Source: Octopus vulgaris
Taxonomy: Eukaryota
Direction: 5' to 3'
DNA: 64,000 nucleotides
NCBI GenBank assembly: GCA_951406725.2
Contig: OX597817.1
Coordinates: 27,156,001 to 27,220,000, forward strand
Position numbers and translations under genes: made by a program. The notes under the pieces were generated by a model that did not search any database, was not told the DNA's origin, and saw nothing but the letters and a program-made list of their open reading frames with translations. This document shows, one piece after another, positions 53,215-64,000 of the stretch (position 1 is the stretch's first letter; each line of letters starts with the position of its first letter).

Positions 53215-53637
53215 TATACCTATTTCTTTACTACCCACAAGGGGCTAAACACAGAGAGGACAAACAAGGACAGACAAACGGATTAAGTCGATTACATCGA
53301 CCCCAGTGCATAACTGGTACATAATTTATCGATCCTGAAAGGATGAAAGGCAAAGTCGACCTCGGCGGAATTTGAACTCAGAACATAGCGGTAGACGAAA
53401 TACCTATTTCTTCTCTACCCACAAGGGGCTAAACACAGAGAGGACAAACAAGGACAGACAAACGGATTAAGTCGATTACATCGACCCCAGTGTGTAACTG
53501 GTACTTATTTAATCGATCCCCCGGAAGGATGAAAGGCAAAGTCGACCTCGGCGGAATTTGAACTCAGAACGTAGCGGCAGACGAAATACCGCTAAGCATT
53601 TCGCCCGGCTTGCTAATATTACTGCCAGCTCGCTGCC
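53215..53637 (-). mobile_element. Family D SINE, head-to-tail dimer with TSD
   Basis: Two tandem bodies; cttgagtata on both sides. Confidence 0.9.
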
Positions 53638-53829
53638 TTGAGTATATCATTATATTCCATGTGTATCATATATCCCTTCCAACACTCTCACACGCACACT
53701 GCATCTGATACCTCTTATATTCAATTTTTCTCACAGTTCATTACTACAGCATCATTTGTGCTCACTGACGTTACACATTCATTGAAGCGAGCTTGTTTCA
53801 TTTCTTTCTTAGACTTAGCAAATTCTTAG

Positions 53830-53930
53830 CATTCAAAGTCTGCATCTCACTGCCACACAGCATCATACAATGTACACACGTCAACAACCTACCATTTACT
53901 CTGAGGGAAAGAAACCCTTTATTGCTAGCT
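53830..53930 (-). mobile_element. RTE-like LINE fragment
   Basis: KGFLSLRVNGRLLTCVHCMMLCGSE resembles the post-RT K.GRLY.ACVR.AMLYGSETW region. Confidence 0.5.
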
Positions 53931-54811
53931 GTAGTGATAGCTCCTTGAACTTCTTCCAATTTGTTACTACTCTGACTGGTTGACTTATTTAAAGGAAATT
54001 TATTTGTCACAAACTATCAAATAAATCCTCTCAGGATTATGACAGAGATTACTGGATATATTTTATTCATTTGCGGAGACATAATGACAAAGTAAGTGTA
54101 TCACAAGGTTTGAACTCAGAACACTGAATAATGTGACTGATTGGTGAGAACTGAATGTACTGTAATTTATTCTCTCATTTATCATCTCCAGTGTAACATT
54201 TCTAATGTATTATCGTTAAATATATTCAATATATGCTTAATAATATTTGTTTTGATAGGCTTCAACTCAGAATGGTGGAAAGATACTACGTTTTTTCTTT
54301 TTCCTTTTTTGTATACGTATATTCCATATGACAGCTTTTTCCTGCATAATGAATGATTCTGTTTCTTGCATAATAACATTTCCTTAATGTTCAAGGCATT
54401 CATGTGTAAGCATGCATGTTTATATATGCGTGTGTGTATCCATACAGACATGTTCACACAAACATAGGCACACACAAACACACAGATACACACATGCACA
54501 TACACACACAAACACATACATACACATACATATTTACAGAGCATGTATAGCTGTGTGGTTAAAAGGTTTGCTTAAAAACCATGTGGATTTGGGGTTTTTC
54601 TTACTATGTAATATCATAATTATGTGATTTCCAGTATAGCCTCAGTCAAATGAATGCTTTGTAAATGAAAATGGTTGATGGGAACTATACTGAAGCTGAA
54701 CATATACATATATATGCTTTAATATAAGTATATATGTATATAGGTATATGTATATCTGTATATGAATGTATATTTCTCTCTATATATGTACATATATATA
54801 TATATATATAT

Positions 54812-54981
54812 ACCAGAGTAAACACATAAATGTGAAACAAGGTGGAAAAAAGAGTACTCAAATACCAGTGGTAGAGTAATATGCTTTATTTAAAGTAGCA
54901 GAAAATTCAACAAAACCTGTTACTCTGAGTTTCCTGTTTTTATAACAGGTTTTGTTGAATTTTCTGCTGCTTTAAATAAAG
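54812..54981 (-). mobile_element. H2-family TA-tailed element with fold-back
   Basis: Reverse complement of 56539-56643; arms 54884-54922 and 54943-54981 inverted; (TA)n on both sides. Confidence 0.8.
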
Positions 54982-55042
54982 TATATATATATATATATAT
55001 ATACATACATATGTGTGTGTGTATGAATATATCTATGGACAC

Positions 55043-55350
55043 ATCATCATCACCATGATCATCGTTTAACATCCACCTTCCATGCTGGCATGGAGGGAAT
55101 GGTTTCACAAGAGCCGGTGAGGCAGAAGCCTGCACCAGATGTCTGTAACTGTTTTGGCAGGATTTTTACAGCTGGATGCACTTCCTAACACCAACCACTC
55201 AGCAGAGTGGACTTATTGCTTTTTACATAGCACAAGCACAGGTGAGGTCAGTTTTGACAAGTTTTTTTACAGCTGGATGCCCTTCCAAATGCCAGTCACT
55301 TTACAGTGCAGATTGGGTACTTTTAAGTGGCACCTGCACTGACAGGGTCA
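55043..55350 (-). mobile_element. Family E element, older variant
   Basis: (CAT)n, gtttaacatcc, two cagctggatgc(a/c)cttcc blocks. Confidence 0.75.
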
Positions 55351-56139
55351 CCAAGTACTTGCAAGACAAAAAAAACAAACTCTTTTGAGAGGGTAGGGAG
55401 CATTGGAGGAGGTGATCTTGTGCCAGATGATGAAAGGTTGTAATGAGGCAGAGAGACAGATACAGGTGTCTTGCTGTAGAGGAAGCACATGGTTACCTGG
55501 CTGGGGGGGGGAGATCGAGAATGATGATAGAAACATGTGCACTGCCACAAAGGAAATACACTGTTGTCCAACTTGTGGGAAGTGCAGGAGAAGGAGAGTG
55601 AGAGAGGGAGACAGCAGAATAGAGATGGTAGCAAAGTGCCTGGCATATGCAATGATACAGTGAGACAGGGTTTGGGTGGAACACACAAGTCAGAAGCTAG
55701 AGGAGAGCAATGATACAGTGGCACAGGGCCGAGAGGACATTATTGGGGAGTGGGAGTGGGAGGTAAGCTTAGTGCATGAAGTGGAAATGTGAAGGAGAGA
55801 AGTAATGTAGAGGTGAAGTTTCGTTAGATGTGGTAGAGTATGTGAGAAATTTTCTTCTTAAGTGTGAATGGGATACAGCACTTCTAGAACTCAGTTTCGC
55901 AGATGTGGGTGGATTTTCCCAAGAACTTCATATCACCATACATCTTGGTCCATTGTCCTTTCACCCATGAGGCCCAACATCCTGAGATCGGTCCTTACCA
56001 CTTCCTCTCATGTCTTCCTGGGTCTCCTTTTTCATATTTTTTTATTGCTCACCAGGGGCTAAACATAGAGGAGACAAACAAGGACAGACAAAGGGATTAA
56101 GTTGATTACATCGACCCCAGTGTACATGTGTGCATATAT

Positions 56140-56382
56140 CTAAGTGTTTGCATTTATGTATCTGTGTTTGTTCCCCTATCATCACTTGACCACTGGTGTT
56201 GGTGTGTTTACATCTCTGTAACTTAGCTGTTCAGCAAAGAGAGCAATAGAATAAGTACTTGGCTTAAAGGTAAGTCAGGGGGGTCACACTGTTTAATAAA
56301 ACAAAAACAAACTTCACGGCAGTGCTCCAGCATGGCCACAGTCAAACGACTGAAACAAATAAAGGAATAAAAAAATAAAAGA
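56140..56382 (+). mobile_element. SINE family A older 3' half (family D tail fragment at about 56040-56125)
   Basis: Diverged tail sequence. Confidence 0.72.
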
Positions 56383-56458
56383 CTATACGCAATTATCTAT
56401 TTACGTACATCTGCAGATATCTGTCTAAGCATATACGTAAAGCAGCAGAAAATTCAAC

Positions 56459-56506
56459 AAAATCTGTTACTCTGAGTTTCTCGTTGCCGTTCATCAGACA
56501 GTTTTT
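56459..56506 (-). ncRNA. Minimal type I hammerhead motif (inverted copy)
   Basis: Minus strand: AAAACTGT-CTGATGA-ACG-GCAA-CGA-GAAA-CTCAGAG-TA-ACAGATTTT. Confidence 0.68.
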
Positions 56507-56512
56507 TCTAGC

Positions 56513-56560
56513 AAAAACTGTCTGATGAACGGCAACGAGAAACTCAAAGTAACAGATTTT
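56513..56560 (+). ncRNA. Minimal type I hammerhead motif
   Basis: AAAAACTGT-CTGATGA-ACG-GCAA-CGA-GAAA-CTCAAAG-TA-ACAGATTTT; GNRA-capped stem II with an A/A mismatch at its base. Confidence 0.68.
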
Positions 56561-57056
56561 GTTGAATTTTCTGCTGCTTTAAATAAAGCATATTACTCTA
56601 CCACTGGTATTTGAGTACTCTTTTTTCCACCTTGTTTCATATTTAAGCATATATGTATATACACAATTATTTCCATATTCACATATCTTCAAATGTATGT
56701 TTACTGTCAATTAAAACTCACGGGAATTGTAAGGTTTGTGCATCACAACCCATGCCCAGCATGGAAAACAGATGTTAAGTGATGATAAGATGAGATTTTG
56801 AAAATTGAAGGAGGCTGTTACCCAGCGATACAAACTAAACAGAAATTAAGAAGTTCATGCTCATTGCCATATATCTGTTATTTTGTAATTGTGTTGTGCA
56901 TCTTGACTTTATTACTGTTTTCTTTTTCGGAGTCTCATTTCGAAGAGTCTACGAAGATTGATTGGAGCATTGCTGGACCATTACACAATAATTATTTTCT
57001 AAAAAAAAAATGTGAGAATGAATGTCCAAACAAATAGAATTAAAGAAGTCTGAAAG

Positions 57057-57382
57057 GTGTGTGTGTGTATGTTTGTGTGCATGTAAGTGTGTTTGTGTGT
57101 GTGTAAGTGTGTGTGCGTATAAGTGTGTGTGTGTTTGTGTGTGTGTGTGTTTGTGTGTGTGTTTGTGTGTGCATGTAAGTCTGTGTGTGTATGTGTGTGT
57201 GTGTGAAAGTGTGTGTATAAGTGTGTGTGTGTGTGTGTGTGCACAAGCATGTGTGTGTGTAAGTGTGTGTGTGTGTGTGTGCACAAGCATGTGTGTGTAA
57301 GTGTGTGTGTGTTTGTGCACAGGCATGTGTGTGTAAGTGTGTGTGTGTGTGACAGAGAGAGAGAGAGAGAGAGATACAGAGA
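57057..57382. repeat. (TG)n compound microsatellite then (GA)n
   Basis: Directly visible. Confidence 0.95.
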
Positions 57383-58106
57383 GGTAAATGCAGTAGTAGA
57401 TTTGTTGATGTGAATTTATTAGTCTGTGTCTTTAATTGGTTGAGAGCATGAGTGACTTAATTAGTTAATATTGTATGCAGAAGAGACCTAATTACTTAAT
57501 ATTTTTAGTAAGTGGGAGTTAATTAGTTAAGGTGTTCAGTGGGAATCTTAATTAGTTATTGTTACAGTGGCAAATTTAATTAAATTACATTATTTGAATG
57601 ATTGAATAAATTAATCTTTTTCATGAGTGTATCTAAGGAATGGCAGTACCTATAGACTTTCCAGACCATCATATATATAGAAATATTGATCGTGGGGCAA
57701 TGTTAATATGATTTAATGTGCATCTTGAAATCTTTCAGGTTAGTATTTGAAAGGAATGCATAGACAGAGGAAAAGTTCCAGAAGAATGAATGTCTGAGGA
57801 TGAGGAGGAATATTTCAATAAAGAACATAATGTAGAGCTCTTGAAGTGAATTGAGACGATGGAACAAGGAACGATTATTGAAACAAAGGATGTAAGAAAA
57901 GGGATTGTACACTTAGCAAGTTGAGAGAATCAGAGATATTTGAAGAAAGTGAAAGAAGTTATGGCATGGATGGTGAACAAATAGCTTTAAAGTGCCGTTT
58001 AGTGAAATATCGACAAACAGCCAAGTAATAACTTTATTTACTTATTTTTATCCTCAAGAGAATGAATGTGTATGTACTGGAAGGCACATTGTGTATGTTT
58101 TGATAT

Positions 58107-58520
58107 CTCTTTTACTCTTTCACTTGTGTCAGTCATTTGACTGTGGCCATGCTGGAGCACCGCCTTTAGTTGAGCAAATTGATCCCAGGACTTATTCTTC
58201 GTAAGCCTAGTACTTATTCTATCAGTCTCTTTTGCCGAACCTCTAAGTCACGGGTATGTAAACACACCAGCATCAGTTGTCAAGTGATGTTGGGGAGACA
58301 AACACAGACACACAAACATATACACACACATGCATATATATATATATACATATATACGACGGGCTTCTTTCAGTTTCAGTCTACCAAATCCACTCACAAG
58401 GCTTTGGTCTGCCCGAGGCTATAGTAGAAGACACTTGACCAAGGTGCCACACAGTGGGACTGAACCCGGGACCATATGGTTGGTAAGCAAGCTACTTACC
58501 ACACAGTCACTCCTACGCCT
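58107..58520 (-). mobile_element. SINE family A
   Basis: Reverse complement of family A. Confidence 0.92.
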
Positions 58521-59547
58521 GTTTATTTAATCTACAGAGCAGTATTGAGCTCCAGAGTTTGGAGTTCAATTCAGTCCTTGGACACATCAAATCCTGTCAA
58601 ACCATCTGACCCATGCCTGCATGGGACATGGACGCTAAATGATGATGATCCTCAGCTGTACAGAACAGGGCTGAAATAATTTTCAGTGTGATTGAATTAA
58701 TAGGGTAGGTGTTAATTAGTTGAAAGTTGTAAGAACTCATTAATTTGCTAGCGGAGGCTGGTTTAATTTGGTTGCGTATTTAAGCAGTCAATGAATTTAT
58801 AATTCAAGTTGTTTGTTGAGGTGATAAACACAAGATGAAGTAATAATGCTGCTAAGAAAGTTATCTAAAGAGCTAAATATAAAAACAAAGGGTCGTCATT
58901 GAAAGAAACAGTAATCAAAAATTAATTTGATTTGTATATACCAAAGCCAAAATTACTTGAACTGTTACTTTCAACTATTCTCTAATTTTTCTTAAAACAT
59001 GTTAAGTTCTTTAATCTTGCTTTGTTTATCATCTGAAAGTGCAGTGGTAAAACAACCCATGCACTGACACTCAAACCGACCTTTCCTTTACCTAAATTAC
59101 GACTTCCCAAACAAGAAAGCTTCTGTGGAGTTATTTGATTTACTAGAAATAACACTCAATCACTATCAAGTCACACCCAGTCTCCATGAACAAAGGAAGG
59201 ATATATTAGATCCTCAATACTCTTATTCAGAGAGGGTAGTTAAGGTTGGAACTTGTTTGGTTACAGATCTGCAGAATTAGACATGTCTAAATGTGTATCA
59301 GGACAATTCCCCCCAATGACAACTACCCCCTAGGACAATTACACCCCTTGGTTAATTACCCACTCTCCAATATATTAAGAAGTTTGAAATCATCATCTGT
59401 TGTCCTCAGAGGTAATTGTCCATGAGGTTGGTAAATGTTCAAGACTCATCTAAACAACTACATGCTAAGTTATGAGTCCTACTATTTATACTGCTTCAAA
59501 AAATTCTTGCCAAATATCTACAGGCTAAAGTTATTTGTTCTGATGAC

Positions 59548-59950
59548 GGCCTGCTGTGCTTGAGGAGACCTATTGCATCAAGTACATCAATATCAAAATA
59601 AAAATCAAATGGAAATTGTAGTTGTGATACCTGTGCAGGTGGCACATAAAAAGCACCATCTGAACGTGGCCAATGCCAGCGCCACCTTGATTGGCTTCTG
59701 TGCCGGTGGCATGTAAAAAGCACCAACCAATTGTAGATATTGCCAGCCTCCCCTGGCACATAAAAAGCACCACTACATCACAGAGTGGTTGGCATTAGGA
59801 AGGGCATCAAGCTGTAGAGACACTGCCAGATCAGAGTGGAGTCTGGTGCAGCCTCCTTGCTTCCCAGACCCTGGTCAAACCGTCCAACATATGCTAGCAT
59901 GGAAAACAGACATTAAACGATGATGATGATAATGATGATGATGATGATGT
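59548..59950 (+). mobile_element. Family E element, long copy
   Basis: Collinear with 8140-8572. Confidence 0.87.
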
Positions 59951-60204
59951 TTACATACAAGTGATATAAACTCAAAACATATATTCCCAGAAAGATAATA
60001 ACTTAACACAATTCTTAACATCTTTGTTGTCTCAAAAGTATGAAATATAGATAAACCTAAAATCCTCTGTGAATATATCTCATTATAAGAATTTGAATAA
60101 CAAGATAATACAGTGAATCTGTAAACAATATAAAAGCTGAACATTGGCCACGAACAGCTCTACACATAGGCTATTTTGTCTATGAAACCTATCCAAGAGG
60201 TTAA

Positions 60205-60425
60205 CCCTTTCATTACTAACATGGCTGAAACTGGCTCTGGCTCTGTAGTATAAATGTCTTGTTTTCATAAGTTTAGAATTAAAATCTCCTACCAAACCTT
60301 AGTTACAATTTATGTTCCAAACACTAGCTTAATGATAACTAAGTTGTTTTACTAAATTATTTGTTATATTTAAAGTAATTGAAAGAAACACAGAGCATCT
60401 CAACAAAAATACAGTAATGAAAGGG
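60205..60425. mobile_element. piggyBac-type MITE
   Basis: TTAA-CCCTTTCATTACT...AGTAATGAAAGGG-TTAA: perfect 13-bp TIR and TTAA TSD. Confidence 0.9.
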
Positions 60426-60729
60426 TTAAAGAATTATATAAGAACCTCTCCATTTAAAAGTAGGGCTTGTAGAGAGGTAAGGACAAGAAGATTGTAACCA
60501 CAAGACAATTGAAACTCTCAGTCGAAGTCAGAAATCATGGAATGTTTATGACTGGTAAAAACAGTAATCCATACGTGAATATGAGTGAATATTTCCCTTT
60601 TTGACACAGTCAGAGCTGAGTGTCTCTGAAGATCAATTCACATCATGTGGCTCCTTGGACAAATGTCTTCTACACTGGCTTTACTCTGATCAATACATTA
60701 TGAGTGAAGAAGTGATGAAGATGTTGGTG

Positions 60730-60974
60730 TCTTCTTCTTCTTCTTCTTCTTCTTTTCTTCTTCTTCTTCTTCTTCTTCTTCTTCTTCTTCTTCTTCTTCT
60801 TCTTCTTCTTCTTCTTCTTCTTCTTCTTCTTCTTCTTCTTCTTCTTCTTCTTCTTCTTCTTCTTCTTCTTCTTCTTCTTCTTCTTCTTCTTCTTCTTCTT
60901 CTTTTCTTCTTCTTCTTCTTCTTCTTCTTCTTCTCCTTCTTCTTCTTGTTCTTCTTTTTCTTCTTCTTCTTCTT

Positions 60975-61005
<31 letters not shown>

Positions 61006-61878
61006 GTCTTCTTCTTCTTCTTCTTCTTCTTCTTCTTCTTCTTCTTCTTCTTTTTCTTCTTCTTCTTTCTTCTTTTTCTTCTCCTTCTTTTTCTTCTTCT
61101 TCGTCTTCATCTTCTTCTTCTTCTCCTTATTCTTCTTTTTCTTCTTCTTAGTCTTCTTCTTCTTCTTTTTCTTCTTCTTAGTCTTCTCCTTCTTCTTCTT
61201 CTTCTTCTTCTTCTTCTTCTTCTTCTTCTTCTTCTTCTTCTTCTTCTCTTCTTCTTCTTCTCTTCTTCTTCTTCTTCTTCTTCTTCTTCTTTTTCTTCTT
61301 CTTCTTCTTCTCCTTCTTCTTCTTTTTCTTCTTCTTCTTTTTCTTCTTTTTTCTTTTTCTTCTTCTTGGTCTTCTTCTTCTTCTTCTTCTTCTTCTTCTT
61401 CTTCTTCTTCTTCTTCTTCTTTTTCTTCTTCTTAGTCTTCTCCTTCTTCTTCTTCTTCTTCTTCTTCTTCTTTTTCTTCTTCTTCTTCTTCTCCTTCTTC
61501 TTCTTTTTCTTCTTCTTCTTTTTCTTCTTTTTTCTTTTTCTTCTTCTTGGTCTTCTTCTTCTTCTTCTCCTTCTTCTTCTTCTTCTTCTCCTCCTTCTTC
61601 TTCTTCTTCTTCTACTTCTTCTTCTCCTTCTTCTTCTTTTTCTTCTTCTTCTTTTTCTTCTTTTTTTCTTTTTCTTCTTCTTAGTCTTCTTCTTCTTCTT
61701 CTTCTTCGTCTTCTTCTTCTTCTCCTCCTTATTCTTCTTTTTCTTCTTCTTAGTCTTCTTCTTCTCCTTCTTCTTCTTCTTCTTCTTCTTCTTCTTCTTC
61801 TTCTTCTTCTTCTTCTTCTTCTTCTTCTTCTTCTCTTCTTCTTCTTCTTCTTCTTCTTCTTCTTTTTCTTCTTCTTCC
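60730..61878. repeat. About 1.15 kb (TTC)n polypyrimidine tract
   Basis: Directly visible; source of the 432, 257 and 241 aa low-complexity ORFs. Confidence 0.98.
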
Positions 61879-62169
61879 AATCACGACTCATGCCATTAGC
61901 CACAAAGAATAATCTCTAATTCCAGCCTACTCTAAGCTACTAAGAATGCATGTGGCAACTTGAAGATCCACCCACCACACATGAAAGACTGGTGGTTGCA
62001 CGGGCGGCACAAAAGCTACGTTGTTATCCTCATTCCGTAAATGGTGGCTCTTAATGGGTGGAGAGCTGAACCATCCTGGGGTACAGAGGATTTGCAATCT
62101 AGACTAGGGTCTCAAAGTTTACCACACCATAGTGGGTTACACCATGGTTTCTCTGCATTGTGGCAGAAG

Positions 62170-62358
62170 TAGGAAGAAAGAGTGAGAGAAAGTTGTGGTG
62201 AAAGAGTACAGCGGGGTTCAACAGCACCCCTGCCAGAGCGTCGTGTAGCTTAGGTGTTTTTGCTCAATAAACACTCACAATGCCTGGCCTGGGGATCGAA
62301 ACCGCGTTCTTACGACCGCGAGTCCGCTGTCCTAACCACTGGGCCATGGCACCTCCAC
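62170..62358 (-). mobile_element. SINE family B, 5' half
   Basis: Reverse complement of ggaggtgccatggcccagtggttaggacagcggactcgcggtcg. Confidence 0.82.
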
Positions 62359-62373
62359 TGATGTTTGTGTTAT

Positions 62374-62405
<32 letters not shown>

Positions 62406-62565
62406 TTGGCAGTGACGATGAATGCAGTTGTGGCAATGGTAGTGGTGTGAAGACTATGATGAGTAAAGTTAAGCATATTTAAGGTTAGCTGGAAACAATC
62501 AGTTAACATAACCACAAAACCATTATGTAATTTGCGACTGATGGAAATGAGGCTAAACTAATATA

Positions 62566-62768
62566 TACAGTTGTGTCTGGGAAGAGTCATTTTCATTGCG
62601 TCTTGCAACCTTTTAAATAATCTTGACTCAAGACTATTGAAAAGGTTGCAAGATGCAACGAAAATTTTAGGAAAATAAAAATAAGAAATAAGTGGAAATT
62701 TTACCAGTGAGTGTGTTACATTATAAGTCACAAAAAGAAAATGACTCTCCCTAGAAACAACAAAATAT
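62566..62768. mobile_element. MITE with TIRs and internal hairpin
   Basis: gttgtgtctgggaagagtcattttc / gaaaatgactctccctagaaacaac ends; internal inverted repeat 62598-62657. Confidence 0.72.
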
Positions 62769-63010
62769 GCTTCAACACAGGAACTCATATAAAGAATCTT
62801 GCAAGCCAAATCCCAAAACGAAATAATGTATACAGTTTACATATGTTTAAGGGAATATAAATATAAGAATATTGCCTGAAATGAAATATTGCAAGTCCAT
62901 CCGCAACCTGTTGAGTAATTTAAGTAGATTAAAACTTGAGTAATATTACAATTAAATTATGAACAAAATCACTCAAATAAGTTCCAGACTTAATAAACTG
63001 ATTGAAATAT

Positions 63011-63416
63011 CAGGAGTGGCTGTGTGGTAAGTAGCTTGCTAACCAACCACATGGTTCCGGGTTCAGTCCCACTGCGTGGCATCTTGGGCAAGTGTCTTCT
63101 GTTATAGCCCCGGGCCGACCAATGCCTTGTGAGTGGATTTGGTAGACAGAAACTGAATGAAGCTTGTTGTATATATGTATATATATATATGTGTGTGTAT
63201 GTGTTTGTGTGTCTGTGTTTGTCCCCCTAGCATTGCTTGACAACCGATGCTGGTGTGTTTACGTCCCCGTCACTTAGCAGTTCGGCAAAAGAGACCGATA
63301 GAATAAGTACTGGGTTTACAAAGAATAAGTCCCAGGGTCGATTTGCTCGACTAAAGGCGGTGCTCCAGCATGGCCACAGTCAATTGACTGAAACAAGTAA
63401 AAGAGTAAAGAGAGTA
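63011..63416 (+). mobile_element. SINE family A, full length
   Basis: Family A sequence. Confidence 0.92.
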
Positions 63417-64000
63417 AACAAATTAAACTTTGTGATTTTTGTTTCTTTCTGCCAAGCTTTAATAACTATGGCACTGATTTCCGAGATGAGCAGCTACTTT
63501 CTAGTATGCTATCTAGTTAACACAATTGATCAATAATAATCATATATTGTCAAAAGATAACTCACTTGATATCAATCATTGCATTGTGTACATATTTATT
63601 TGTATATCTCACAGAAACATATAGAATCAGAACTTAGAGAGGTGACAAATTTGTAGGAAACATTTTTATTTGCAACATATTCTGTTTATGTTGTACTTTT
63701 GGATTCACACATTCTGATAGTTACTTCTATTTCTTCTCATGATTATTGGCTTTACTTGATGTTGCTACAGTATGCAATTTATCAATGATGTTTTAACATT
63801 AAAATTTCTATTCTTCAAATTTATAACACTGTAAAAGTGATCTTATGAAGATATCGATCTCAATGCTTTTGGTAAGTACCACTATATGTTATCTTTTCCT
63901 GGATGCTTCTTTATATTCCAGTTGTCTCCAGTGAGGCTGTATATCTTTTCTTCATAAAAGTGTTCCACATATAGAATATAATTCCTCTATTGCTTTTGTC

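Larger units (their letters stand above)
56440..56643 (+). mobile_element. H2-family element with inverted 5' segment and 14-bp TSD
   Basis: Arms 56438-56506 and 56513-56581; taagcatata(c/t)gta at 56426-56439 and 56644-56657. Confidence 0.85.

Noticed and set aside
60601-61903. 432, 257 and 241 aa ORFs
   Set aside because: Pure translations of the (TTC)n tract; no coding complexity.

Overview
AT-rich, repeat-saturated eukaryotic DNA with no confidently identifiable host protein-coding exon. It reads as a large intron or intergenic region. The SINE families and microsatellite load look like an octopus (coleoid cephalopod) genome; this is inferred from recalled repeat families, not from a search. 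Almost all ORFs in the track are artefacts of (TA)n, (CA)n, (GAT)n and (TTC)n tracts or of SINEs. Recognisable content: about 25 copies of one tRNA-head/CORE-like SINE, three further tRNA-head SINE families (one with a Nin/Deu-like domain), a (GAT)n-tailed element with internal hairpin modules, decayed mariner and Tc1 transposases, RTE and other LINE remnants, piggyBac-type and other MITEs, and a Helitron-like element. The most interesting signal is a set of about five unrelated short elements, mostly (TA)n-associated, each carrying a minimal type I hammerhead-ribozyme motif with a palindromic or near-palindromic stem III. These look like Penelope pLTR-derived or retrozyme-like elements. They include variant catalytic cores, fold-back insertions, and tail-to-tail pairs sharing a TA tract. 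At two loci a related AT-rich fold-back element sits in inverted duplications of host flanking DNA. All ribozyme folds were assigned by eye and coordinates are approximate.
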